Of a DNA stretch of 64,000 nucleotides, positions 51,092 to 62,847 are shown in pieces. Within the stretch, counting starts at the first letter, position 1. Each line of letters opens with the position of its first letter. Origin of the DNA: Paecilomyces variotii (lineage: Eukaryota). The notes under the pieces were generated by a model that had not been told where the DNA came from, ran no database searches, and worked only from the letters and a program-made list of their open reading frames with translations. The position numbers were made by a program, and so were the translations under genes. The stretch is taken from assembly GCA_004022145.1 (NCBI GenBank), contig RCNU01000001.1; one strand, written 5' to 3'.

Positions 51092-51896
51092 CTAGATTAT
51101 TTGTATGCTAAAGATAAATAGGAGATTAAATCCCCTAGACCTAGAGGCAAGCAAGCAAGCAATTCAAGTCGTTCAGGTCAGACTTTGCTTCCGTGCTAAA
51201 GGGTTCGACACTTTGTCTGCTACCGCAGGAGACAGTATACCGTTGAAATAGATCAGATGCGGATGAGTCTCATTTCTCACTATTTGCAATACAATATATA
51301 AAACCCAGAGTCGATCCTCGTTGCAGCTTCTAAGTAACCGCTCAGTGTCTGTAGACGTGCATAGAAAGAATATAAATCCATTGGGACATTGCATCTTCTG
51401 AGAAGGGGCGCGTGTTTCAAGAACTCTATATCAGCTTCAGGGAGATTCGATAGTTATATTCTTGTCTTCCGGAACTGAAAGGATACTATGAAACTCGCCT
51501 ACCTAGTAAGCACCGATTTAGTCTGCTAAGATAATGGATCAATGCTATAGCTACCTAGATAGTACCAGTAACGGATGCAAATACACCCGGACAAGCAGTA
51601 CTGCTATAAACCCTGAAAACGAATATCCAGTGTCATTTCCCACATGAATTTATTCATGTCTTCGTGATAAGATCTGGTGATGGTGCGACCTCGGCGCGCC
51701 TCCGGCCGGCCCGGCATCTCACCAACCGAGCCGAGCAAGCGTCCCCAGATCTTATCAGGCCGAGATGCCCTCATCGCTCTGAGATCGCAAGCAGCCGAGA
51801 GTATACTTGCCCTAGCATAGGCTACGACACGTTATGATATTATTCATTTGAAGTTGTGAATGTGGGGTTTCACGATTATATTGTGCCGTAACAGAA

Positions 51897-54258
51897 ATGT
51901 CTGATCGATCCAGCCGTCTGGATTCTCCTCTCGATGACACAGGAGAGAGACCGACGAAGAAGCCAAAGCGGAGCTTCGTTGCGTAAGGAATACTCGCTTC
52001 TTTTACATTAGCCACGGTGTCTGAACATCTAACTCGTGATACTGACTGGGGTCACCCAGTTGTCGACGATGTCATTCTCACAAAATCAAGTGCTCCGGAG
52101 AGCAACCATGCCATAATTGTCGACAACAGCCCGAAGGCACTGTTGACTGCGTCTATCCGGCTCGTGACCGAAAGGTGTTGGTGCAAGAAAGGTTTGTGCT
52201 TCTGTGAATTGTCTGTCAGAGACTTAAGTGGACTAAGTTCCTTCGACCAGTTACCTGAGGAAGCTTGAGGAAGAGAGTCAACTGTGGAAGGCATCGGCCT
52301 CTCCTGGGAGTACCAATCTACCTTCAGGGAGTAAATCTGTCCCAGAAGATCAGCGACGGCAGCATGGCCGTTCAAACCATCCCGGCAGTAACGAAGCTGG
52401 CGAAGGTGGCCCTTCTAATCCGGATGGAGACATCCGAAACCCATTGATCGAGGACCGTGCCTGGTTTGTACGCGACCAGGTATCGACACAACCGGTTTAT
52501 ATCGGCGAGGCTGCATGCAATGCGTTTGGTACGCGATTACGGCAATTCTTGAGCGGAGACGAGCCCATGGCACCTCTTCCACAATCGAACTATGTCAAAC
52601 ATAAGGCGCTTCTGCGGATGTCTGACCCGTCATTCCGCCTGCCAAATCGCACTTATGCCCATCTTCTGATCAAAGTCGCACTTCGGTTCCTTGGAAATGA
52701 CTACCACCTCATGCTGAGGAAGGCCACGTTGGAGAAGCTGGATGCCCTGTATCGAGGTCAATGTTTCGACGACCCAATCCTCCTGTGTAGGCTGTTCGCC
52801 ATTTTTGCCATTGGGGAGCTGTATACAAACAGGAAAGCAACCTCAAAGATGTCGGAAGTTCCGGGCACAGGGTTTTTCATGCAGGCGATGAGTTTGTTCC
52901 AGGACCTTCACGAGGAAGCCACAGTCTCTTACATAGAGATACTGGTCCTTCTGGTGAGTCAATTCTTTAAAGTGAAAAGGACATGCAGCTGACGTCTATA
53001 GTCTCTCTTCTGCCTACCCCTGAACCGCACAAAGTCCGCGTATACATTCGCAGGGATCGCGCTCAGACTGAGTCTGACGTTGGGACTCCATCACAATGTC
53101 CCAGAAGGATATATGATATCGCCAGTCGAGCGAGAACACAGGTTGCGCGTCTGGTGGTCTGTATACACGATGGATCGCATATCGAGTTCAAAATTAGGCC
53201 ACCCAGTTTTGGTCAGAGATGAAGACATCGACGCCGACTTACCATCGATGGAGGGTCTCTCTCCCAGCGAGCGAGAGGAATTCTCCCCCCCAGAGCATCT
53301 TATCGCTCACCTCAAGCTAGCTCGTATCACGGGAGACATCATTAGTGATATCTATGGCCGACCCAGGCGGAGCAAGACCTTCGTACAAAGTGTGCATATG
53401 ATCTTGAAGGATCTTCGGTCGTGGGCAGAGACGTTGCCAGAAAATATCAAGCTGATCCAGACAAGGCCGGTGAGATATGCGTCGAGGAACGTTGCCTCGC
53501 TGCATCTGTGTTTTAACCAGGTAAATGGCCCAGGCCCCATGCTCCCAACTAATCCCAATTCAAAAATGGTTCTGACAGTTCTAACTTAAACCCGTCAGTG
53601 TGTGATCCTGACTACTCGTCCAATTCTCTTCCACGTCTTCAGATCCCGCTTCCAGCCTCCAACAGACGGCAATCCCTCGTCACGCATCCCATCACCGATG
53701 ACATCTGCCCTCGCAGAAGCTTGCATTCACGCCGCACGTAGCTCTAATAGCCTCCTCACGCAGCTCTGGGTCGATGGCGGCATCGCCACCTTTGGTTATT
53801 TCGACTCGCAGTACCTTTTCTCCTCCACCATAATCCTCATGATGGCCCTTGTCCTGCGAAACAGCGAAAGCGACCGCGACGCTATCGAGACTGCTTCTGA
53901 TATCCTGCAGTCTATGGTCGAAGACGGAAACCTGCCCGCTGCGGCCTTTTACCAGCATCTACTGGAGATCCGCAAGTGTTTTGATTTTAGCCAGGAGCAC
54001 GGGAAGCAATTCCACGGTCGTTTGGACCAGACGACGACGGGTGACAATAATAATGGCAATAGCAATGGGGATGGAGCTGGCGCTGCCACAGAGTCTCTGC
54101 CGCAGAATGAGGCCACAGAGCTATTGGCTCTTCACACAGCCTTGGACGACCCTTCCATTCAGAGCTTCTTAACGCAGCCGGATATCCATTGGGGAATCCC
54201 CGGAGTTATGGAATCCAATGGCGATCTTGCAGCCATGTCCAGATGGATATTCGAATGA
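51897..54258 (+). CDS. Zn(II)2Cys6 transcription factor with fungal-specific middle homology domain (Put3/PrnA-like); exons about 51897-51982, 52060-52191, 52251-52953, 53002-53520, 53599-54258
   Basis: Spliced N-terminus KRSFVA-CRRCHSHKIKCSGEQPCHNC...CVYP; LGLHH...EREHRLRVWWSVYTMDR..SSKLGHP middle domain. Confidence 0.92.
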
Positions 54259-54817
54259 TGGAGGCAGTCTTAGTTTCCCATCTGCTTTGCGGGAATGTTG
54301 TACATGCCGTATGAGGGCGTTTTAGTATTGTGTGAAGTCCCTGTCGCTTCTACTCCCACTTTGTGTTTTACTATTTTACCTATGATACCCATCAATTCAT
54401 GTCTTTAGAACCATCATTTCCAAACATAGCAAAGGCATATAGGATATCCATAGGTTCTATATATACCGTTGAATGGTAATGTAGCTGATGCTGCGGAGCG
54501 GACATCTAGATTAATACACATCCCACACATTTGTTTCCGGAAAGACACCGCATGTGAATACGACGAAAGAAATGATGGTCCATACACTTCGTGGGCTACT
54601 CGAGATCGAGAGACCTTCGCTAGAGTTGCAAAGTTGAAGTAGATATATATGAAGTTGAATCGTCTCACGAATCTATACTGACTCTGGTAGAAATAATATT
54701 CCAGGACAACTTCAAACGAAGAAGATAAAGAACCATCACCCCATTGGAAAAAAAAAAAAAAAAAAAAACAGAGAGAGAGAGAACCATGTCAAGAAGTAAC
54801 AAAAAAGGAAATGCTGA

Positions 54818-54888
54818 TGCATCATCCGTGAATCGAACACGGGCCTCGTCGATGGCAACGACGAATTCTACCACTAGACCAATGATGC
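54818..54888 (-). tRNA. tRNA-Gly(GCC), intronless
   Basis: Minus strand reads GCATCATTGGTCTAGTGGTAGAATTCGTCGTTGCCATCGACGAGGCCCGTGTTCGATTCACGGATGATGCA: full cloverleaf, anticodon GCC, T6 terminator downstream (A run at 54801-54806). Confidence 0.97.
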
Positions 54889-55643
54889 AGGCGGATAAGC
54901 TGAGAAGCGAATGTGATTCGCTGCTTGCTGTGATGGCACTATCCGAATTGTAATTCAAGAACCTCTGGGAAAATATCGACTATTGAATGCAATTTATGAC
55001 ACAGTGTGTTCATTGTTGATTCACGCGCTCTTCATATGGATAATGCGATATGGGAAATCCTTGGAAAACAAGAGTCTGATTTTGCCATTTTCTAGCTAGA
55101 TTGGTTCTTGAATGGTGATGATGCAAAATGAAGCTGAAAGAGTCAGAGAGAATGTCGAAGCAGGGGCGAGTTATAAAAATAATGATGTCTCGCATAGAAC
55201 GAAGCCGACAGAGTGTACGAAGATGGAACCAATCTCAGGTCTGAAGTCCAAGGAAACGACGGAGGAGGATTTGATGTCTTCTCACCGGTGAGATGGAAAC
55301 TAATTAATCAGCCTTGATCCATACAGATAGTATCTCGAAGGAGATGATACAGAGATGGGATATCGTTGAATGGTAGCGTAGAATTCGCCCTTCAGCAATT
55401 TCCAGAGAAAGTGGACGTTATGGACGTTACGGTCACATATCAGAGCCGGAGACTGCTTGTAGAATTGGAGAATATAAAACCGTAGTGCCGCAATGAAAGT
55501 TTGCGACAGACTGATGAATAAAAATATACAACTCGAGATAGCGGAGACCATTTACCCCCAATAATCACGAACACTAGTTAACTCGACTCCAACAACTCCT
55601 TCACCAATCCATGAAACGTGAGAACACTCAATCAAGTGTCCTC

Positions 55644-56213
55644 TTATCCACAACTACCATACACATTCATTCCGGAACCCAACTTATCCCCCGCTGCCTT
55701 CGCCTTCGCATTCCCATTAGGATCTTTCTGTCCCTCCAACAACCTCAACTCCTTTTTACTAGCGAGATATGCAGCTCCAGTGTCTGCCCAAACCCGATAT
55801 TCCTGGACTTTATACCCGCCCTTACCATCCTGGGAGATATCCTCCGCCAGCCCCAACCGGTAGCAGAATGTCTCGTTCCAGCCCTCGCCCGTAGCCCTCC
55901 AGATGAAGCGGGCCCGGCCCTTCAGACAGACAGCCAGTGTCTCTGAATCAACGACCCATTCATCTTCAGGGTCGAATCGCATGTTCTCAAATGTAAGATG
56001 CTCGTTTAGCAGCTCGAAGTACTTCGTGATCCCCTGCTGGCCTGTGAAGGTTCGTCCAAGGAACGGGGCTAGGGATGGATGGCCGTGTTCGTGCGCAATG
56101 GGCATTGGGTCAGATGTGAAGCATCTCACGAGCTCAGATACGGGGCTAGCGGATGCAAATGCATTACAGAGAGTCCTTGCGGGCTCGAGGAGCGTTGTAC
56201 GGGGGATGACCAT
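55644..56213 (-). CDS. Hypothetical protein, probable NTF2/SnoaL-like fold (~189 aa)
   Basis: EHGHPSLAPFLGRTFTGQQGITKYF...KGRARFIW...W.E.F.YRL...YRVWADTGA pattern; ATG at 56213. Confidence 0.7.
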   Translation of the reverse strand: MVIPRTTLLEPARTLCNAFASASPVSELVRCFTSDPMPIAHEHGHPSLAPFLGRTFTGQQGITKYFELLNEHLTFENMRFDPEDEWVVDSETLAVCLKGRARFIWRATGEGWNETFCYRLGLAEDISQDGKGGYKVQEYRVWADTGAAYLASKKELRLLEGQKDPNGNAKAKAAGDKLGSGMNVYGSCG

Positions 56214-57563
56214 GGTGGACAATTCTGTAGGTGACCAGCTTATCTGCAAGTCAGTTTCTGCTCGATGCGTTAGCTTTATGAATTCGATAATGCGAATCTG
56301 ACGAGTATCTGTAAGACATGTGTGGCATAGGCACTTACTCTATGTTAAAAGTATGAGGGGAGAACTGCCCTTATTGAACTACCCAGCAGGAAGAACTAAG
56401 TAGCTCGTGATACTCTAGAGCGCAGACGATAGCCAATAATTCTTGGGCCTCCAATTCAAAGCTGACAGTAGTCCTTTAATCGCTAGTTGGATTTTCCTTA
56501 TCGTCACGAGATCTTTTGGATTGATACCAAAATCTTTCCTGGTTGACTAGGCGTTCAAGATAGAACATTCCATGTATGCTGCTGAGAAGAGAATGATGTC
56601 ATACCAGGCCCAGGACTGCCTATATTGGGAGTTCATAGGGCTTAGGGCTAGGGCCAGAACCGCGCAGCTATCATCACCATAGAAATGAGAGAGTCACTGC
56701 TCAATAGTGTCATATGGGAATTGGTAAAGCTGTAGAATGTCAATAGATACTCTACTTATCACTGGAAAGGTGGTTTAATGTTTGCCTCTAAAGATACGGG
56801 TGCATTAAAGATTGCCACTCATTGATTTGCACCCCACCTCACCTCAACAAGGCACATCTAGGTATGTGAGTGAGCAGGACTAGCATTAGCTAAGGTGTCC
56901 CTAAATATGCAGAGAAGAGTTGAAGAGAATGCCAGCCAAGGCAGGAAATACCACGTCTTCTCAGAAACATATAGTAAAGAAATTAAAGGCGACAAGTTTT
57001 GCAAACCCAGCGTCATTATGCAGGGCAAGTCTTCCTCCACATGGACTCACAATAACATAGGAGAGCGTGCCCTAGTACTTTCTGGTGTTTTATGGATTGC
57101 TAACTGCGCGTTAGCTCTCAGATCGGACTATCAGCTGCGCAGCCGCATCAAGAGCCGAGTAGCTATCCAGGAGCTAAACGACCTAAGTGCTGGACACCTA
57201 CTGGATTCACACTTCTCTCGTCAGGAGAAGTTTTCAAAACTGCTTTGCCTACGTCACAAGGACTATCCGCGGAATTAGAAACCCCATTACCAACGCCATG
57301 GAGATAGAGACGCTTTTGAGCGGCCGAGATTAGGTCGTAAGCCTGGTATGATTATTACCCCCTTCCTGTCTGAGCCTCCCCCAGTCGCCGTCGCAGATTC
57401 ATACAATACAGCCAAGAATGACCGCATAAAACAAACACAATTTCGTGGAAAATAAAACCCAAGAACTCCATCATATCCGAGATGGCAGTAGTCTCGAAAG
57501 CTTAAAGCTGGAATAATGGAATCGAAAGGGAAAGCAACAAAGTAACGAGATGACGAAGAGTCT

Positions 57564-58475
57564 CTACTGCTTCCATGACTTTCCGCAGTTCATACAAGTA
57601 CAGAACAACGTCATCGGTTCATCCGCACTTCTTGTCTGCGCCTCTGTGTAGGTGACCTTGCGCTGTCCACATTTGCCGCACTGAAGACTCGTACTAATGC
57701 TGCGCTCCGCCTGCGCAACCATGGCCTTGTCCATGTTCTCCTTCTGGATCCTGCGTTCCTGTTCGCGTTGTTCCGCCGACTTAAGCTCATCGTGGCTCAG
57801 ACGGACAAATTCATCGGGCGTTACTTCGTTCGTGAGGACACGCACCCGCAGAGTGGGGTTCGACTTGTTCTTCAGATTCTGATAGAGACTGCGAATCTTG
57901 GTCCGGTACTGCTCTTTGGTCTCAGGGCCGAGATAGGTGTATGTCGCAGCCTCGACCGCCACCGCTTTTTGAAGGACTGCACGCGGTGTCTCAGTCGAGT
58001 GAAGACAGAGCCCATCATACATCAGGCCAATACAGCTATCGCGGACCTTATTCGAGGTATGATTGATGTCGACACCGTCCGCTTTCCAGGTTCTCTTATC
58101 GGGAGGCACAGAAAGCTTCGAGGTTTTGTCACTCGGCGTAGCAGCAGCAGGTGACGCTGCGCCGTTGGTAGCCGGCCGGGGAGATCCGCTCGCTCGCTGA
58201 CTAGCTGCCGGTGATCCACTGGCTTTCTGCTTGTTGACTTCGTTCCTCCATTTGGAGACGATTTCACTGGAGAGGCGCGCGACATCTGGTGACTTGTGCT
58301 GCTTCAACTTATTGACGATAATACCGACGCGAGTGGATCGCAACAGATCCTCTGTCGGGCGAACACCCTTTTGTAGGTCCTTCAGAAGAGCGATGATGTT
58401 GGCTGAAGGTTCATTTGACGTAGCAGCCTTTGTAAGGGCTTTGGACTTCAACTCAATCTCTTTGACATCCATCAT
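57564..58475 (-). CDS. DST1: Transcription elongation factor TFIIS
   Basis: N-terminal domain I, KIRSLYQNLKNKSNP domain II, Zn ribbon CGKC...QTRSADEPMT.FCTCMNC. Confidence 0.97.
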   Translation of the reverse strand: MMDVKEIELKSKALTKAATSNEPSANIIALLKDLQKGVRPTEDLLRSTRVGIIVNKLKQHKSPDVARLSSEIVSKWRNEVNKQKASGSPAASQRASGSPRPATNGAASPAAATPSDKTSKLSVPPDKRTWKADGVDINHTSNKVRDSCIGLMYDGLCLHSTETPRAVLQKAVAVEAATYTYLGPETKEQYRTKIRSLYQNLKNKSNPTLRVRVLTNEVTPDEFVRLSHDELKSAEQREQERRIQKENMDKAMVAQAERSISTSLQCGKCGQRKVTYTEAQTRSADEPMTLFCTCMNCGKSWKQ

Positions 58476-60101
58476 GCGTATTGAGATTTTACACGGACCA
58501 GATGATCGTAATCAGGGCGTGCGTGACCGTGTGAGAAGACCGACGGGAGCTGGTGGGCAATGATCTGTATACGAGTCAAGAATCAGCAAGCTGCGATTAC
58601 TCTATCGACATTGAATGAGAAGCCATGTCCATCGCGCGGTAGGGTCTCAGATTTTATGATATGGATCAAGCGGCTCGACGGGGTTTTTGATATTGGCGCG
58701 AGCAGATATTGATCGCAATGTGAGCTCCGCGCAAATCGGTCGACACCCTCGCGCACGTGTCCATTCCATAAACCTCGGGAATAGAACATGAAGACAGGTG
58801 GGTCCGCCGTATTGAAGAGTGACGGAGAAGGATCAGGCGCGCATACAAATCTTCAGAGTCACCTATGCAAGGATGATGTTGACCAGACGAAGAGTCGAGG
58901 GTGGCAGATTCCCAGACCGCGGAGTCAACGTGATACCGGCTGTGGATAGAATGGAGTCGTCGTAGCACGAGAAAGAGGCGCGAACAGCAAATATGGGGGA
59001 AGAACAAAGGAACAAGGAGGTAAATACCGATCACAGGATAGCGAGATGGAAAGGAAGGTAGTGTTGATGGCGAAAGATGATACCCCGTAGAGAAGTTGAA
59101 CTTGGAGGGACTTTGCGAGATGCGCCGCTCGTGCCAAGCCCGCAGTCTCCCGTTCGGGAAGGCGTCGTCTCTGCGCGCACGTGCCGGCTGTCACCCTAAA
59201 CAGAGCAAGTGAAGAAAACAGAAGATCATGAATGTACCAACAGATAATCTCTATCAGACCTTGGAAAAAGTTTTCAATGTGGTCAATATATCCTGTCCGC
59301 CAGAACCCTTGACTTGCTTGAACGGTTTATCGAGGGTCTATGGCAATGGAGCTCCCTTGGGAACATGCTCGAAGGAAACTTGAAAGAAGAAAAGAGGTTG
59401 ACGTTCATGATATCAACAAAGCTATTACTCATTAATGGCTTCTATGATGCTACTTTACACGTATGGGACTCTGCTACGTCTATATTAGCACTGAACCCGC
59501 TCATACACCAGTCTCTCGAGCGGGAGTTGCTTTCTGCTCGAGAAATATGGCTCATACTGTGGTACCAGCTTTTTGATAAAAGGACTAAATGTGTTTGGCT
59601 ATATATCTAGTCACAGATGTCTTTTGCAGACGAATCTCGAGGGTTCTGTTCAAGTCGTGGGGAACCGTCTCAGGCATGATATCGAGTCAAATCGACTGAC
59701 TCTATGTACGCATGCAGATCGCGACGGGGGAATGTGGGCAGAAATCAGGTTCACGCTGGCTTTATGTATGGTTTCCAACATCTCGGGGCATCAGAATATT
59801 CGGGTCCTCAGGCTTCACAACATCACCAGCACGGCAACAGATAAGAGATGTCCCTCGAAGGAGCCTCTCAAACTGCTCAGAAGTCGAGGAAAATAGATTT
59901 TTGCTCTCTTAAGCTTTTCAGGAAACGACAGAGAGAACACCGTCTTGGACAAGCCGACGGGCCGGGTGCATGTGTCAGGGACTCGCGAAGATCATTCCAT
60001 ATCGCAATAGTCGATTTTGCGAGAATGGCAGTCGCAGACGTCCTTGTCTGGGTGAGCACGGGTCAAGTGTGCATATAGTAAATTGCCACTGGACCGTAAG
60101 T

Positions 60102-61364
60102 CTACAGGCCGGTCTTTCCAAGCGTCTCCGCGAGCTTGTCAACCTCCTTGTCATCTTCTTGGGGAACATCCTCGTCTTCAGACTGGACGGTCTCTTTGAG
60201 CGTCTTAGCGGCCTTGTGCTCTTCGAGTTCTTTGTCCTCGTCTTCCTCCACTTCCTCCTCACTGTCCTCCTCCAGCTCATCCAGTTCGTCAATACCCCAC
60301 ATGTCCTCAGGATCGTCGTCTTTACCGTGCTTCTCCTTACGTCCCTCCAAAAGCTCACGCAGCTCCTCGATGTTTCCATCATCCTCGAAGAACTTGTTTC
60401 CGTTCAGCTCAATGCGCTTTAGCACCGGGAGTGCTGTCTTCGTGGCATGTAGGAACTGCTTGACACCTTCAGCAGTGATGTCGTTATACTGGAGGCGGAG
60501 CGTTTCAATCTTGTCATTCTTGCCTGTGGCCAAGGCTTGTGCAACCTTGATACCTCCTCGCGCAGAGAGCAAACAGTCACCAACACCAAGCTCACGCAGA
60601 GCAGGCCAGCCAGTCACAACCTCTGCAAGTGCACTGGATCCGGTAGCAGTGAAGGTATTGTCCTGCAGATCCAAAACCTCGATGGCTTTGGTGTGGCGCA
60701 GACCATCCTTGAGTAGCAAGGAGATACCCTCCTGTCTGATTCCGTTCTGGGTCATCTTCACTGAACGGATACCCTTTGCGTGAGCTTCATAGGCACGCGC
60801 CCATGCGGCCATTGAGCCATTCTCGAGTCGGTTGCGTCCACAGACAATAGTCTCGAGCAGCGGAATCTCGGTTCCTTCCTTAGCTTCCTTGCGCGCGGCC
60901 TCCTTGCGCTCTGCGAGCTTTGTCAGCGCGTCGGCGATCAATGTTCCAGCAGCAGGGCCCAGTCCATTGTTGTTCAGAATGAGATGGCGCAGAGGAACGT
61001 GGCGTGAGAGGAAGTCCACAAGGGGCGCTTGGGTGTTGAGGCCGAACGCATTGTCGGAAAGGTTGACAGTGTGAAGGGTCTTGATTTCGAGAAGAGCGTT
61101 CAGAAGAGAGGTCAGAGCAGGTGGGATCTCGGACAGGAGGCGCGAAGTGAAAATGTCGGCGAGGTCGGCGACTTCGAGATTCTTCTGCGCAGACAAGGCA
61201 GGCGCCAAACGCTCGCAGGCCGGGGCACCGAAAGTGTTGCCGCCAAGGCGAACTTCGGTGAAGTCGTTGCTTTCGAGAAGAGGCTTGATATGCGCCTCAA
61301 TATCCTCAGCAGTATCGAGCTTGAGTCCTTTGCCCTCGAGGGAGAAGACCTTTGGAGGGGCCAT
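60102..61364 (-). CDS. RNA1: Ran GTPase-activating protein (leucine-rich repeats, acidic tail)
   Basis: LADIFTSRL, LSDNAFG, CGRNRLENG, LDLQDNTF, LRLQYN, Asp/Glu-rich C-terminus. Confidence 0.96.
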   Translation of the reverse strand: MAPPKVFSLEGKGLKLDTAEDIEAHIKPLLESNDFTEVRLGGNTFGAPACERLAPALSAQKNLEVADLADIFTSRLLSEIPPALTSLLNALLEIKTLHTVNLSDNAFGLNTQAPLVDFLSRHVPLRHLILNNNGLGPAAGTLIADALTKLAERKEAARKEAKEGTEIPLLETIVCGRNRLENGSMAAWARAYEAHAKGIRSVKMTQNGIRQEGISLLLKDGLRHTKAIEVLDLQDNTFTATGSSALAEVVTGWPALRELGVGDCLLSARGGIKVAQALATGKNDKIETLRLQYNDITAEGVKQFLHATKTALPVLKRIELNGNKFFEDDGNIEELRELLEGRKEKHGKDDDPEDMWGIDELDELEEDSEEEVEEDEDKELEEHKAAKTLKETVQSEDEDVPQEDDKEVDKLAETLGKTGL

Positions 61365-61797
61365 GGCGGGGTAGTGGGGGTATCTGTGTGCGAAGATAAT
61401 CCTTTTCGACTTGAAAATACGGCTAAAAGATTCCTTTGAAGGAGAAACAACCGTGAAGAGACCAAGAAGGAATCTCTAGAAGAGCGGGGTGGGAGCCAGT
61501 GGCTTTGAAGACAGCCGAAAGAAGCCTTGTTTTGTTGTGACTAGACTCTCTTTCGCCCCTGAAAAGAAAATAACAATAATGTATTAAGTCACTCCGCGCG
61601 ATCTCCGCTCCGGCGAACCACAGCGACCTTGAGCGCACCTTCGGCGCTCATCTGCCGCCGAAGTCACCGGATGTCGCCATACCATAAGTAATTAATCAGC
61701 CAGAGGAATATTTCCATTCCCTAAACAACCACCGTCGTCTAAACCTTCGTTATTTCCCCAATTCTTGCGTTCAGCGTCCATCTATAAGCGCTTCAAG

Positions 61798-62315
61798 ATG
61801 TCGTGGCTCTTCGGTTCTTCAAACGGTAAGGATTCTTTCTCAAAACTTCTCAATTCCTGCATGGCTCCGCAAACCTCCGAATGCGTCTGAGCTAGACAGA
61901 TCTTCATGCAGTCCCTCCACTCAGGAAAGAGCCAATCCAGATCAGCTTTCTTCCATTTGGAAATCTATTATAACCATCAATATCAAATGATCTGACAACT
62001 TCTCGCTAACATATCTACCTCGAATAGCTCCTGCAGTGTCTGCTCCTGCTCCCGTTAATGCGGTGAACATCCAAGCCTCAGAACCAGCCAGCAAGCCCAA
62101 GGTAAGCCAGTTCAGTTACCGGAACTCTCTATTCTCGAATTTCATACTAATGTATTTCTTCTGTGCTTTAGCCCTGCTGTGTCTGCAAGGAAGAGAAGTC
62201 TTCCCGAGACGACTGCATGCTGTTCTCGAAATCCGACGATCCGGCCAACAACGACTGCAAGCCCCTGGTTGAGCAGTACAAGAGCTGTATGGCTGGTTAT
62301 GGATTTAAGATCTAA
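61798..62315 (+). CDS. COX17: Cytochrome c oxidase copper chaperone Cox17; exons 61798-61825, 62028-62101, 62172-62315
   Basis: Spliced product MSWLFGSSN...KPKPCCVCKEEKSSRDDCMLF...CKPLVEQYKSCMAGYGFKI with the CCxC copper site and twin CX9C; not recovered intact by the ORF track. Confidence 0.93.
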
Positions 62316-62847
62316 GATCTGATATTTAAGATTGGTTTTCACACTGGGCGTTGGACTTCGTCTTGCATTGGGAGGGGGGGAGCAATTGGCATTAAATAAA
62401 TATGTACACTACACTACTCGCACCGCGCCATTATGCCTTTCGACATGCTGGCTGGATTGGTCATATCCTTTATTTAGACTATTGATGACGGGCTGCATGT
62501 TGAGTGTGGTCATGTCGCATGTATAATGAAACTCATCTCTTAAATATTTGGTCTTTTTTATTTTTATTCTGTTTTTGATTGTTGCTGATAGGTCTATATG
62601 ATGGCAAGATATTCGTGATCACTGCAGCGATGTAGAAATACTGGATAGGATCATGACATCAGACGGAATGAGTAGGACAATGAAGTATTGATTACATGGA
62701 TGGAATAAAATGGTAATAATAAAATGTGTTCAAGCTGAAATACAGGGAAAAAAGGGTATCTGTACAAGAAGTGAAAGAGTTTTGAGTTGTGAGGACGCCC
62801 GAAAAAAAAGGAAAGTTAAGGCTTCCACAAAGAGAACTTAACGGCGT

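Noticed and set aside
54747-54782. Long A run and (GA)n beside tRNA-Gly as a SINE tail
   Set aside because: It is poly-T on the tRNA sense strand, the tRNA is intact, and no target-site duplication is visible; an ordinary Pol III downstream tract.
58583-60078. Short ORFs between TFIIS and RanGAP
   Set aside because: Short, overlapping on both strands, with no motifs or convincing exon structure.
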